DNA from: a virus
Length of the DNA: 64,000 bases
Virus record (IMG/VR): IMGVR_UViG_3300034072_002191
Span: 1-64,000 of that record
Reading direction: 5' to 3' (one strand)
Part shown: positions 16,965 through 27,000 of the stretch, in pieces
How positions within the stretch are numbered: position 1 is the stretch's first letter
Layout: every line of letters starts with the position of its first letter
Position numbers and translations under genes: made by a program
Notes under the pieces: generated by a model
Told to the model about the DNA's origin: nothing
Databases searched by the model: none
Seen by the model: only the letters and a program-made list of their open reading frames with translations

Positions 16965-17701
16965 AGGCAGAACAAAGCGTGATTCGAGCGCGGGTTGGGA
17001 GTATCGGGGTGGTTGAGATGAGCGGGAACATGGGCACGGCTGGCACCTGGTGCATTCTGCGGACTAGCGGCGGACGCACGGTGCCGTTGGCGCGATCGCT
17101 GGCCGCTGCCGGGTTCGATGTCTGGACGCCGGTCCGCACGATCCGCCGCCCGGCGCCGGGGCAGGGGCGTCGCCTGGTGATGGGCCAGCGGCGCAAGCTG
17201 ATCGACGTGGATCTGGCTATCTTGCCGGGCTTCGTGTTTGCTCGGGCAGATCAGCTCCATGATCTGGTGCGGGCAGCAGGCGCAGAGCCGAGCCCGCACC
17301 CCAGCTTCTCGGTGTTCCATCAAGCTGGCCGTGTTCCGCTCGTGCGGGATACCAGCATCATCGGCCTACGAGCAGCGGAGGAAGACGCGCGCGAGCTGCG
17401 ACGCGCCGAGATGGAGGCCGAGACGCGGGAGGAGGCGCGCCGTGCGCGTGCCGATCGCATGCGCACCGAGAGCAATCGGCGCAAGATGCTGCGTCGTGTG
17501 ACGAAGGAGCTGCCCAGCGCAACCGAGGTGATGGTCGAGGGGATGCCAGCCTTCGATGGCCTGATCGGCGTTGTGGTGGAAGGCCGCGGCGCCACTGCTG
17601 TCGTCGAGTTCGGCGGTTCGTTGCGCATCGAAATCGAGGCTTGGCAGCTGACGCCCACGCTGCTACAAAACGGGAACACTCAGCAGGGTGTTGCCGCTTG
17701 A
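16961..17701 (+). CDS. NusG/RfaH-like antitermination protein in the Q position
   Basis: WCILRT...GFDVWTP...ILPGFVFAR NGN domain; KOW-like FDGLIGVV. Confidence 0.8.
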   Translation: MKAEQSVIRARVGSIGVVEMSGNMGTAGTWCILRTSGGRTVPLARSLAAAGFDVWTPVRTIRRPAPGQGRRLVMGQRRKLIDVDLAILPGFVFARADQLHDLVRAAGAEPSPHPSFSVFHQAGRVPLVRDTSIIGLRAAEEDARELRRAEMEAETREEARRARADRMRTESNRRKMLRRVTKELPSATEVMVEGMPAFDGLIGVVVEGRGATAVVEFGGSLRIEIEAWQLTPTLLQNGNTQQGVAA

Positions 17702-17707
17702 GCGGCC

Positions 17708-17759
17708 TCGGGTGAAGCGTGACACGTGAAGCCGGAGTCTTTGACACAACTCCCCGGAG
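17708..17759. repeat. Target duplication and Mu right end with transposase-binding repeats
   Basis: TCGGG|TGAAGCG; TGACAC-N6-CCGGAG at 17720-17737 and 17742-17759. Confidence 0.9.
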
Positions 17760-17817
17760 CATTCCAACGTCCGCTTAGAAGCGCCCGAGCCGCCGTTGAG
17801 CAGCTCCATAGCCGCCC

Positions 17818-18612
17818 CTAGAACGCCGCCGCTTCGTCCGCGCCCCAATCCTCGATCCGCAGTTCCCAACGGGTGCGCCCTTTGCTGGCGCGCTCATATT
17901 CTCGGGCCTGGCGAAAGATGCCGTAGTGAACCCGGCGCCGAAGGCCGGCAGTCCTGTCGGGGTCCTCCACCACCAGTAGCGGCCTGCTCTCGCCACGATC
18001 CAGCGAGATCTCGAATAGCGTGTCGACCTCGTCGTCGGTCAGGTCGCCAAGCGTCCAGGCCCACGAGCTTTTCCGCACGCCCTCGACAACCGCGAACCCG
18101 CCATCGGGAAGCGAGGTGACGGAGCCGGTGTCGATCGCGCGCCGTCCGCTGCCCCATTCGTGCCCCCAGCTCGGGGTGAAGGAGCGACCGACCATGAGGA
18201 CGCCTGCAGATAGCGCGGGCGAGCCGGCAGGCTGCGCCACGGTGAGCCTGACATACCGAACGCTCGCCGTGGTCGCGTCGCCGAACCAGAGGGCGTGGCT
18301 TAGCGCTGGGAAGCGGCCGGCGACGTCAGGCACCCGAAGCGCGGTCGAGCTGGCGATGGAGACGCTGGTATAGTCGGTCGTGCCCCCTGTGATCGTCCAG
18401 GTCGCGGCAGCGGCCGCCGGTTGAAGGTAGCCAAGGAAGATCGTGTTGATCGTCCGAACCTGGCCGAGATCGAGATCGAGCGTCACGGCGCCAGTCGCTG
18501 TGTCCATCCACACTTCTCGTGGATCTGGCGTCAGGAGGTTCGCCACGCCCGACCCTCGCGAGGTTGCGACGGCAGCGATCGGCATCGGCTGCAGGATCAA
18601 AAGGTTCTTCAT
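17818..18612 (-). CDS. Tail tip/minor tail protein
   Basis: Last gene of the structural operon; coupled. Confidence 0.65.
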   Translation of the reverse strand: MKNLLILQPMPIAAVATSRGSGVANLLTPDPREVWMDTATGAVTLDLDLGQVRTINTIFLGYLQPAAAAATWTITGGTTDYTSVSIASSTALRVPDVAGRFPALSHALWFGDATTASVRYVRLTVAQPAGSPALSAGVLMVGRSFTPSWGHEWGSGRRAIDTGSVTSLPDGGFAVVEGVRKSSWAWTLGDLTDDEVDTLFEISLDRGESRPLLVVEDPDRTAGLRRRVHYGIFRQAREYERASKGRTRWELRIEDWGADEAAAF

Positions 18613-18977
18613 GCCGCCAGCTTCCTTAGAACGGTGACCGTGGAAAGGCCGGTCGCCAAGTTGTCGGCCGCACCGAGCACGAACACGTCGACGCCATTGT
18701 CGTAGCCCAGGCGGCCGATCTGGAGCGTGATCACCTGGCCGCGATAAGCCTGCCAGCGGCCTTTCAGGATATGCTCATCCATCACTAAGGGACCGCTCAA
18801 GAACGCGAGCTGGCGGGCAGCTTCGGTTGCAGCGGCGGACTTGAAGGCGATGCTCGATGCGCGCTCCACCGTGAGTGCGTCTGCGCCCCAAAGCGCGGCG
18901 CGGGTGGTGTCCTCTGCCACCACCCACAGCTCCTCCGATTGAAGCCATTGCGCAAACAGGGGATCGACCGAAGCCAT
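18609..18977 (-). CDS. Minor tail protein
   Basis: Operon context; GRLGYDNG. Confidence 0.6.
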   Translation of the reverse strand: MASVDPLFAQWLQSEELWVVAEDTTRAALWGADALTVERASSIAFKSAAATEAARQLAFLSGPLVMDEHILKGRWQAYRGQVITLQIGRLGYDNGVDVFVLGAADNLATGLSTVTVLRKLAA

Positions 18978-18980
18978 CGG

Positions 18981-19235
18981 TTAGCGGTTCGCTTCGGTTT
19001 CGAGGTTGTACATCACGCTGAGGACGGAGCTAAGCTGAACAAGCAGCGGGCTCATCGGCGCCTCGGTGGCGACGCCCGACATGGCCCGCCCGAGCGCGGT
19101 CTTGGTGGCCGCATATGCGTCGCTGCCGATAGCATCGAGCACCGCCTGCTTCCAGGCCGGCACCGGCGTCGGCGCGGGTTGGGGAATCGGAAACGGATCG
19201 ATGGAGCCGTTCGGCACCTCATTCTCTTCGGCCAT
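18981..19235 (-). CDS. Hypothetical (tail-associated)
   Basis: RBS and context. Confidence 0.55.
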   Translation of the reverse strand: MAEENEVPNGSIDPFPIPQPAPTPVPAWKQAVLDAIGSDAYAATKTALGRAMSGVATEAPMSPLLVQLSSVLSVMYNLETEANR

Positions 19236-19274
19236 TCTACTCTATCCTTTCAGACGTTGATCATCGGTACGCAG

Positions 19275-19970
19275 TTACATGCCAGTCAGGTCGACCAGCC
19301 AAAATCGCCATTGCTTGTAGACCTGCTGCCCCGGTTCACCCGTGGTCGGGCCGCTCATGACATCGCGGTTCACCGACTTGACGCCGGCATTCGCAGCGTC
19401 GGTGTATCCGCCGAAAATATATGTCCGATAGCGTCCGTTGCCGAGATCGGAGACGAAGAAGCCACGGTCTGCCAGAAGCACGCCGTACTTCTTACCGCCT
19501 GGGACCGGCTGCAGGTTGTCGATCGAAGCCAAGTTCGAATAGCCGGGCGGCAAGATGGCGAGCGGGCGGCGGATATCGTCGAAGATCAGTTTCCCGGCCG
19601 CGTCGAAGCACTCGAACGTCGCCTCGCTAGATCTGTCCCCCGGGTGCCTCCCGAAGAGGTACAGATCGCAGCTACCAGCCTTGAGCCCGACAAACCGCAG
19701 GGTGTTGGCGCTCGACGCGATCGCCGTGGCGCACTTGTCCCCGGTGATGACGACGATCGGCGCCTCGGCCAAGCCCAGGCCGCCAACCTCCACCCATTCA
19801 ATCGGCTGCTGCGTCGTCGTGTTCAGGAAGGGCGGCGAAGTTGAGGACGTGGTGGAAATCGTCGTGCCGGCGTTCGGGCCGACCGAGACCTTCTTCAGGA
19901 AGACATAGGGGGATTGGTCGACGCTGAACATCAGCCGCCCCGCGCCGTCCCACACATCAAGGTAGCTCAT
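19275..19970 (-). CDS. Tail tip accessory protein
   Basis: Repeated 'WDGAGRLMF / FDAAGKLIFD' motif typical of genes after DUF1983-type tips. Confidence 0.65.
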   Translation of the reverse strand: MSYLDVWDGAGRLMFSVDQSPYVFLKKVSVGPNAGTTISTTSSTSPPFLNTTTQQPIEWVEVGGLGLAEAPIVVITGDKCATAIASSANTLRFVGLKAGSCDLYLFGRHPGDRSSEATFECFDAAGKLIFDDIRRPLAILPPGYSNLASIDNLQPVPGGKKYGVLLADRGFFVSDLGNGRYRTYIFGGYTDAANAGVKSVNRDVMSGPTTGEPGQQVYKQWRFWLVDLTGM

Positions 19971-20263
19971 ATGTACCCGTACTCCAGGATCACCGGCTGA
20001 CGGCTGTCGATGTATGGAGACGGATCGGGCACCCACGACAGGGTGTTGCCCGACAGCGTAAACTTCGGCTGATAGCTGGTCGCCACGGCATTCGAATTGT
20101 TCACGAAGTAGACGGGCGAATAGGTCGCCCACTCCGCGACGGTGATGCTGCCGGCGTCATTCGGGCCGATATTCACCCGCCCGATGAACTTCATGTTGAA
20201 GACGGAAGCGTCGATCACCAACGCCCCGTCCTTGTTCCACACCTGAAAGCCGCCATCGGTCAT
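19967..20263 (-). CDS. Tail tip accessory protein
   Basis: GFQVWNKDGALVIDAS. Confidence 0.65.
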   Translation of the reverse strand: MTDGGFQVWNKDGALVIDASVFNMKFIGRVNIGPNDAGSITVAEWATYSPVYFVNNSNAVATSYQPKFTLSGNTLSWVPDPSPYIDSRQPVILEYGYI

Positions 20264-23200
20264 GATGGCGGCCCCATCCGGACGCGCATGACGTTGTTCG
20301 CATCATAAACCCGCCAGTTGCCGCCGCTGTATTCGGTGCGGTAGCCCCCGGAGGGAGACTCGAAGGTCACCTGGTCGGCACGGAAGCGCAGGCTGCTGAA
20401 ACTGCCGTTGTTCGCCAGCTTGATCCCGGCGATCCGGCCATTCGCGTCGATATTCAGCACCCACTGGCCGAAGACCTGCGCGACATTGTTGTTCAGGGTG
20501 GTGATCGCCGTCTGTTGCGAGCTGATCGTCACGCCCTGCGTCGAAACCGTGCTACTGAGCGATGCGTATTGCTGGCTCACCGTCGAAAGCGCCTGATACG
20601 TTTGGTAGATGCTGGCTTCAGACGAATAGGGCGTGACCGAGGTCCCGCGCTCCAATTTGATCTGACGAACTGCAGCCCCACTTGTGCCGAGGTTAGGCGC
20701 GCTCGTCATATTTGCAGCGACGAACCGCACGCGGCACCAAGCGGTGCCGGCCGGGGATGTCGCATACATGGCGAGATTCTGCCGGTTCACTCCTGGAGTG
20801 TTCCAAAAGGAAGGCTGCGTCACATTCGGCCCCCAGCTGTGGCCCAGCTCGTTGATCTGGTCGGATGCCGAATAGAAGATCAGTTCGAACCGGCAGTAAG
20901 CATTCGCCGATGCGTTCCAGACGTTCGCGTCCCCCGAGAGAACAAGTACCGCGTTCTGCTCCATTGGGATCAAGCCGCTGTCGAGGATAACGATACGCTC
21001 CCCGTCAGCGGTGGCGTTCCCCGAGCCCCAGAAGAAGTAGGAGCCCCAGGAGTCGCGAGCCGTACCCCATCCGCCGACCACATCGTGCCAGCCTTGTGTG
21101 TAACCGGCCTCCCCGCTTCCGTTTGGCGCGAGGTTAGGGTTACCCGCGACCAAGCGCTGCGTGATCTGGGCGACATTGCCCTGGAGCGTGCTGGTTGCCG
21201 ACTGCAGGGAAGAGATGCTCGACCCTTGCGTGGTCATCTGAGATTGCATGGTCACGCGCTGGCCATCCAGCGTGGAGATCGCCTGATACGATTGCGTTAG
21301 CGAAACCTCATTGGAATAGACGGTGGGTACTGGACTGCGTTCGAACTTCGCCTGGCGGACCGCGGCGCCGCTCTGCCCGTCGTTGGTCATGTTGCCGAAG
21401 ATGATCCGGCAGCGCGCCCACATTGCTTGGGTGTGGTTCGGCGACACGCCCGACACCGCCAGGTTCTTGCGATTCTGCCCCGGCGAATTGCCGAACCACA
21501 GGCCCTGCACCGCAGGCCCGCCGTACACAGGGCCGATCTGCTGCGTCATGCCGGCGTCGGCAAAGAAATACACCTCAAGCCGCGCATAGGAGTTGCCCGC
21601 CGCGTTGTAGGCGCTCGCGTCGATCGTGAAGGTAAACGGCAAGCCGGGATCGAACAGAACCGGGTTGTGGTACAGCACCACCGCCCGCTCACCGGAAGTC
21701 TGGGCTCCCGAGCCGTTCCACTGCGCATAGCTTCCCCAGACGTTGCCGGAGATGATCGACCAGGCGCCGATCTCCTGCGACCAAGCCCGCAGGCCGTCCT
21801 CAAAGCCGCCGTTGCCCAGCAGGTTGGGGCTCCCCGCCACCAAGCGGGTCTGCACCGTCGCCATGTCGCCCTGTAGGTTGGACGTGGCCGTCTGAAGCGA
21901 GGAGATCGAGGTCGATTGCGTGCCCAGGGTGGTGCTGAGCTGCGCCACCTGTTCGTTCGCCGTCGTGATCGCGGTGAAGGCTTGCGCGACGGACGCCTCG
22001 TTCGTGTAGGGCGTAGCTGCGGCGCCAAGCTCCAGCTTCACCAGTTGGACGGCCACCTGCCCCGAACTGGGCAGGTTCTGGCCAATGATCCGCACGCGAG
22101 CATTGACGGCACCCGCCGGCGCGGTCCCGGTCACCACGGAGCCGAGGCGATTGCCTGCATCCGCAAAGCCGAGCGGGGCGTTGCGAACCGGCCCGGTCGA
22201 GCCGGAGAGGACATTGCCCGAGGCATCGTACCAGAGAATATCGGCATACATCGACGCCCCGGCTCCGGTAACGCGCCCGCGATAGGAGAGCGTATATTGC
22301 CGGCCGACTGAAACCGGCACGAAGTCGCTGACGATGAACGCCGTGGCAGGCGGATTATTACAAAAGGCGGAGCGGCCCTCGGCGTCGGCCGTAGCTACGC
22401 CCCAGGTCCCTGCGCCGGCGCCCCAGTTGGCGAGGCCGTTTTCGAACCCGCCGTTCTTCACCAGGTTCATGTTTCCGGCTTGGACGGTCTGTGTGAACGT
22501 CGCGAGGTTACCCGCCGTCGTAGAGGCCTGGCTGGTGACGTTCGAGATCTGCGTCCCGTAGGTGGTCAGCAGCTGCCCCTGAGACGTGTTGATGCCCTCG
22601 GCCGAGGTGATCCGCTGCGTCAGATCCGGAATGCTGGTCGTAACCAGGCCGCTCACGCTCCCCTGGAGCTGAGATATGAGGCCCTGGGCTGTAGCAATGT
22701 CCCGCTGCGCCTGGGAGATCGAGGCTTCAAGGGCAGCCCTGGCGGCGGCGACCTGGTCGCGCACCGGTACCACGTTCCCCGATGTGTCCTTCAGCGCATT
22801 GAGGGCCGTGTTGGCCGAGCCCTGCGCGGTGTCGGCGGTGCCCTTCGCGGTATCCGCAGTGGACTGGGCCTGCACCACCGCCGCTTGCAAGTTCACGACG
22901 GTCGAGCCGTCGCCGAACACAACGTCGGTCGCCAGCACGATCCCGGCCAAGGCATCGCGGGTCATGACATGCTGGTTGCGCCGATAGCCAAGCCGACGGC
23001 GCGAGACGGGACGGAAGGTCGCCTTGCGGGTCACATCTACGCTGCGCGCCCGCACCACGGGCGTCCCCCATGCCCATTCGCGCAGAATGATCCCGCCGGC
23101 ATCTAGCACCCACATCAGCGACACATCGCTCAGCAGCGCGTCGAGAGCGGCGGCAGCCGTCCCATTCTCATCCGCCGCGACCCAGCCCACTTCGGCCGGC

Positions 23201-24090
23201 CGGGCCGCGACCGCCGCCGCCACTGTGCCGGCGGCGAAGGGAATGGCGGACACGGTCGCGGCGATGCGTTCGGCAATTGCCGGCGCCGTCTCGACATAGG
23301 TCGCGCCAATCTCGCCCTTGATGTCAGCGCAGAGCGAGCCGGCCGGCTGGGTCCACCACTTCACACAGGCGATCGAGGGGCACACGACGCCGCCGCCCTG
23401 CGGCGCCACTGCCGCCTGAAGCGCCGCCCAGGTGGCCGCGATCGACCCTTGCCAGGCCAGCAGCGTCAGGGTGGCGGCATTGGCCCCCTTGTCTCGCACG
23501 GCCGAAAACTCGGCCCACTGGCGCGAGGGGTCACCAAAGCAATAGATCTGCCGCGCTGCATCGATGCACTCGCCTTCCAAGTTCCACACCCGGCCCCATG
23601 CGCGCCGCTTGATCTTCCCCTGCCACTCCACCGGTCCCTCGATGCCGCCGGTGCCCGCGAACCGCGAGGTAAGGATCGGCTTCTTCAGGTCTGCCGCCGG
23701 GTCGGAAAGGCTCAGTGTCAGCACGCCGTCGTCTGTGCTGACGTCGATCACCTTGCCCGAGGTGATCTCCGCTGGGCTTGGCGCTTCGCCGAAGCGAACG
23801 GTCATCGCCGCGTCCAGCCAGTGTAGGCCGGCGAGCTCCGCCAGCGCGGCCGAGCTGCTTGGCGCCCAGCGTACGGTCATCGCCTGGGGCACGCTGCCGC
23901 CGCCCAGATCCTTGCCGTCGAACTCGGTGGAGCTGACGATCGTCGGCAGGCCGGCCAGGCCGCGCCGCCAATGCTGCCCCAGATAGAAAGAGGGCTCGGA
24001 GCCGCCGGCGCCGGAGAGCCGCGTCGTCACCACCGCACCCGTCGTGGCCGATCGCGGGCTGGCTTCGATCAGGATAAGGGGGGCGGCCAT
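20260..24090 (-). CDS. Tail tip/central fibre protein with three carbohydrate-binding-like modules and a DUF1983-like C-terminus
   Basis: NLVKNGGFE / NLLGNGGFE / NLAPNGSGE repeats with coiled-coil linkers; DANGRIAGI...FRADQV. Confidence 0.8.
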   Translation of the reverse strand: MAAPLILIEASPRSATTGAVVTTRLSGAGGSEPSFYLGQHWRRGLAGLPTIVSSTEFDGKDLGGGSVPQAMTVRWAPSSSAALAELAGLHWLDAAMTVRFGEAPSPAEITSGKVIDVSTDDGVLTLSLSDPAADLKKPILTSRFAGTGGIEGPVEWQGKIKRRAWGRVWNLEGECIDAARQIYCFGDPSRQWAEFSAVRDKGANAATLTLLAWQGSIAATWAALQAAVAPQGGGVVCPSIACVKWWTQPAGSLCADIKGEIGATYVETAPAIAERIAATVSAIPFAAGTVAAAVAARPAEVGWVAADENGTAAAALDALLSDVSLMWVLDAGGIILREWAWGTPVVRARSVDVTRKATFRPVSRRRLGYRRNQHVMTRDALAGIVLATDVVFGDGSTVVNLQAAVVQAQSTADTAKGTADTAQGSANTALNALKDTSGNVVPVRDQVAAARAALEASISQAQRDIATAQGLISQLQGSVSGLVTTSIPDLTQRITSAEGINTSQGQLLTTYGTQISNVTSQASTTAGNLATFTQTVQAGNMNLVKNGGFENGLANWGAGAGTWGVATADAEGRSAFCNNPPATAFIVSDFVPVSVGRQYTLSYRGRVTGAGASMYADILWYDASGNVLSGSTGPVRNAPLGFADAGNRLGSVVTGTAPAGAVNARVRIIGQNLPSSGQVAVQLVKLELGAAATPYTNEASVAQAFTAITTANEQVAQLSTTLGTQSTSISSLQTATSNLQGDMATVQTRLVAGSPNLLGNGGFEDGLRAWSQEIGAWSIISGNVWGSYAQWNGSGAQTSGERAVVLYHNPVLFDPGLPFTFTIDASAYNAAGNSYARLEVYFFADAGMTQQIGPVYGGPAVQGLWFGNSPGQNRKNLAVSGVSPNHTQAMWARCRIIFGNMTNDGQSGAAVRQAKFERSPVPTVYSNEVSLTQSYQAISTLDGQRVTMQSQMTTQGSSISSLQSATSTLQGNVAQITQRLVAGNPNLAPNGSGEAGYTQGWHDVVGGWGTARDSWGSYFFWGSGNATADGERIVILDSGLIPMEQNAVLVLSGDANVWNASANAYCRFELIFYSASDQINELGHSWGPNVTQPSFWNTPGVNRQNLAMYATSPAGTAWCRVRFVAANMTSAPNLGTSGAAVRQIKLERGTSVTPYSSEASIYQTYQALSTVSQQYASLSSTVSTQGVTISSQQTAITTLNNNVAQVFGQWVLNIDANGRIAGIKLANNGSFSSLRFRADQVTFESPSGGYRTEYSGGNWRVYDANNVMRVRMGPPS

Positions 24091-27000
24091 CAGCTCGTCC
24101 TCGCCAGTTGGAGCAACCGCGCCACGTCACTGTCGGACACGCTCTTCCCCAGCAAATCGACGGCCTTCTTCAGCGTCGCCAGGATCTGCTCGTTCTGGGC
24201 GATGACCTTCGCGTTCTGGTCGTTGTTCTCGTCCAGGGCGGCATTGGTGGCGGTAAGCGCGGGATCGCTCGCACGCTGTTGCGCGGCGCTGACATCGGCA
24301 TTGACCTTGGCGATCGCGGCACGGGCCTGGTCGACGATCGCCGCGCGGTCGACCGCAAACCCGCCGGTCGTGCCATAGACTTCCTTCGATACCGAATTGA
24401 GCTGCTCGTACAGCGACGCGAGCTTGTCGCCTGCGCCATCGACGCCCGCCTGGACGTCGGCCTGTGCCTTTGTGATCGAATCGAGCAGGGCCGTGCGTCG
24501 ATCGACGGCCGAGCCCTCGAACATCGATCCGGAGGTCAGTTCGTCGACCAGGCGTTTCAGGGAACCGACCTGCTGATCCATCAACTTGTCGGTAAGCGCT
24601 ACCCGCTCCTTGGCATTCGCCGCCTCCACCTGGACGATGTCGAAGCCATATTCCCGCGCGATGCGCAGCCGATCCGCGGCTTCCTTCTCGAAGGCCTTGA
24701 ACGACTTGGTCAACTGGCCCGAAACGCCGCCCAGCAGATCCTCGACATTGCTGACCTTCAGCGCCTCCTGCATTGCCTTGTCGATGTCGCTGGACGATCC
24801 CAGCGCCTTCTGGACCGCGCCTGACAGCCCCTTGATCGCACCATCGGAAATCGCGTTTGCGATGGCCGCTCGAACTGCGCCATCGGCATCGTTGTTGTCG
24901 AACTTCAGGACGCCGTCGCGGTCGCCATATTTCCCGCCGACGCTGGTGCCGCCCGAGGGATCGACCCGGTAGCTGTCCTTGTACTTGTTGATGCTGACCG
25001 CAAAGCTGCCGACGTCGGCGCCGAGCGTGCTGGCGATCTTGCTGAGCGCGCCCTGGACGCTACCGGCGAGGTTGCCGAGATCCGTCTTCACCTCGGCCGA
25101 GTTGCCGCTGACGTTGGCCTTCTGATCGACGCTGGTGATCTGCGCCGACCCGCGCGGCGTCGACTTGAAGAGGTTGCCGACCAGGCCGCCAAGCACGGAA
25201 CCGATGATGTCGCCGCCGGGGATCGGGATGAAGCTGCCGATGGCGCCGCCGATCTGGGCACCGGTGCCGCTCATCTTGATGCCGAGGGCGTTCCCGAGGC
25301 CGGCCACCATCGAGCCCGTCGCGGCGCCGGACAGACCCTTGCCGATGTTCTCGCCGGCGAACTTGCCGATCGAGCCGCCGATATTCTTGGCCGTTTCCTT
25401 GTTCGTGAAGATGCTGGCGATCGACGTGGCGATGCCCCCGGTCGCCTTCGCGATCAGGGAGTCCGGGGTCATGGCCTCCTTGCGCTTGCCGGTGACGACG
25501 ATCTCGGGATTGAGGTTGGCAGCAATAGCGTCGCCGATCTTGGTCCCGATCTGGACCGTCCCGGCGCCGCCGGCACTGGAACTGACTGCGCCGGCGGCCG
25601 ACGATGCGGACCGCGCCAGGCTGTCCAGCGCCTGCGTCGTGCGACCGGTGGACGCGGTGACCTGGTCGACGGATGCCGCCATCCGAGCCGATGCGTCCTT
25701 GATGACGCTGGTCCCGTTCGCCTGATCCTTCAGGTCGCGGAACATGTCGCCGAATAGATCCTCGAAGAGCTTCTGGCCCTTCAGCGTGGCGAAGGCATCG
25801 AGCAGCTTGCCGGGTGTCTTGATGAACTGCCCGAGGTCGCCCCGTACCCACGCCTGGGTGGCCTCCCGGACCGCGCCCTCGACCGAGGAAACAGCGTCGA
25901 CATAGATCTGGGTTTTCTGGCGAAGAACGTCCACCTCGCGCTGTTCCGCGCGGAGAGCTTGGACCGACGCTAGGATTGCTTCTTTCTGATCCTCACGCAG
26001 GGGGCGCAGGTTCTTCTCCAGCGAATAGACCGTCCGGAGCGCCTCGGCCTGGTCGGTCTGGCCCCGTGCCTGGAGCTGGAGGATTGCGAGGGACTGCTGC
26101 TGCCCGATGATGAAGTCATTGTATGGCCGAACCAGGCCGGCTTCGATTTTGCCCTTCGCCTCGTCGAGCCGCTTTCCGAATGCGTCGAAGTCGGCCTGAT
26201 CGATCAAGCCGGCGGAGAGCATCCCTTTCTTCTTGCCGAGGATGCCATCCAGCGCCCCAATCGCCTTGGCAGCCTTGTCGGCGAGAGTCTCCGGTGCTGC
26301 GAAAGCCTCCTCGATCGAACGCAGCAGGCCCGTCTCCACGGTCTGCTTTGCATCCTTGGCACTGACAATCAGGGCCTCGAAGTTCGGCGGCTTTTTCCGG
26401 CTGAGATCGTCGATCAGGTCATCGAGCTGGCGGACGGCCTTGTCTGCTTGCTGCACCGCCGGCGGCGTCTGGCTGAACGCTTCCGTGATCGAGGCGATGC
26501 GATCGGCGGTATCGCGGCCGAACTCGTCGAGCGATGCCGTGGACTTCGGCTTCTTCGGCTTCGTCGTTTTGTACGGCTTCAGCGGATCGGCAACCCCTTT
26601 GCCGTCGACAGCGTCCCGCGCCATCCGCGCCGCAGCCTGGTCGTTCAGCGCTTGGGGAAGCGTGAACAATTCTTGCTTCAACGCGATGATCTGCTCGGTC
26701 GTGTAGCCGGCCAGCTTGCCCGCCTGAGCCATGCTGTCGACACGCTGACGGATTGCCGTGGCATCCATCTTGCCGGTGAGAACTTCATCCCGAAGCGCAC
26801 GAAGCGGCGCGGTCTCCTGCGAGATCGCGGCCTGCTGGCGCGTGCTGCCGGAGCCGCCGCCATAGCTGGCGCCGGGATTATCGGCGAGGTAGCCGCCGAT
26901 CGTGGTAAGCAGGCCAGGCTTGCCGAGGCCGCCGATCCTATCCCTGGCTGCCTTCTCATCCTGCTGCCCCTTCAGCAGCATAGCCTCGGCCTGCAGGCGG

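Noticed and set aside
17818-24090. Diversity-generating retroelement or invertible tail segment
   Set aside because: No reverse transcriptase, invertase, template/variable repeat pair or flanking inverted repeats seen
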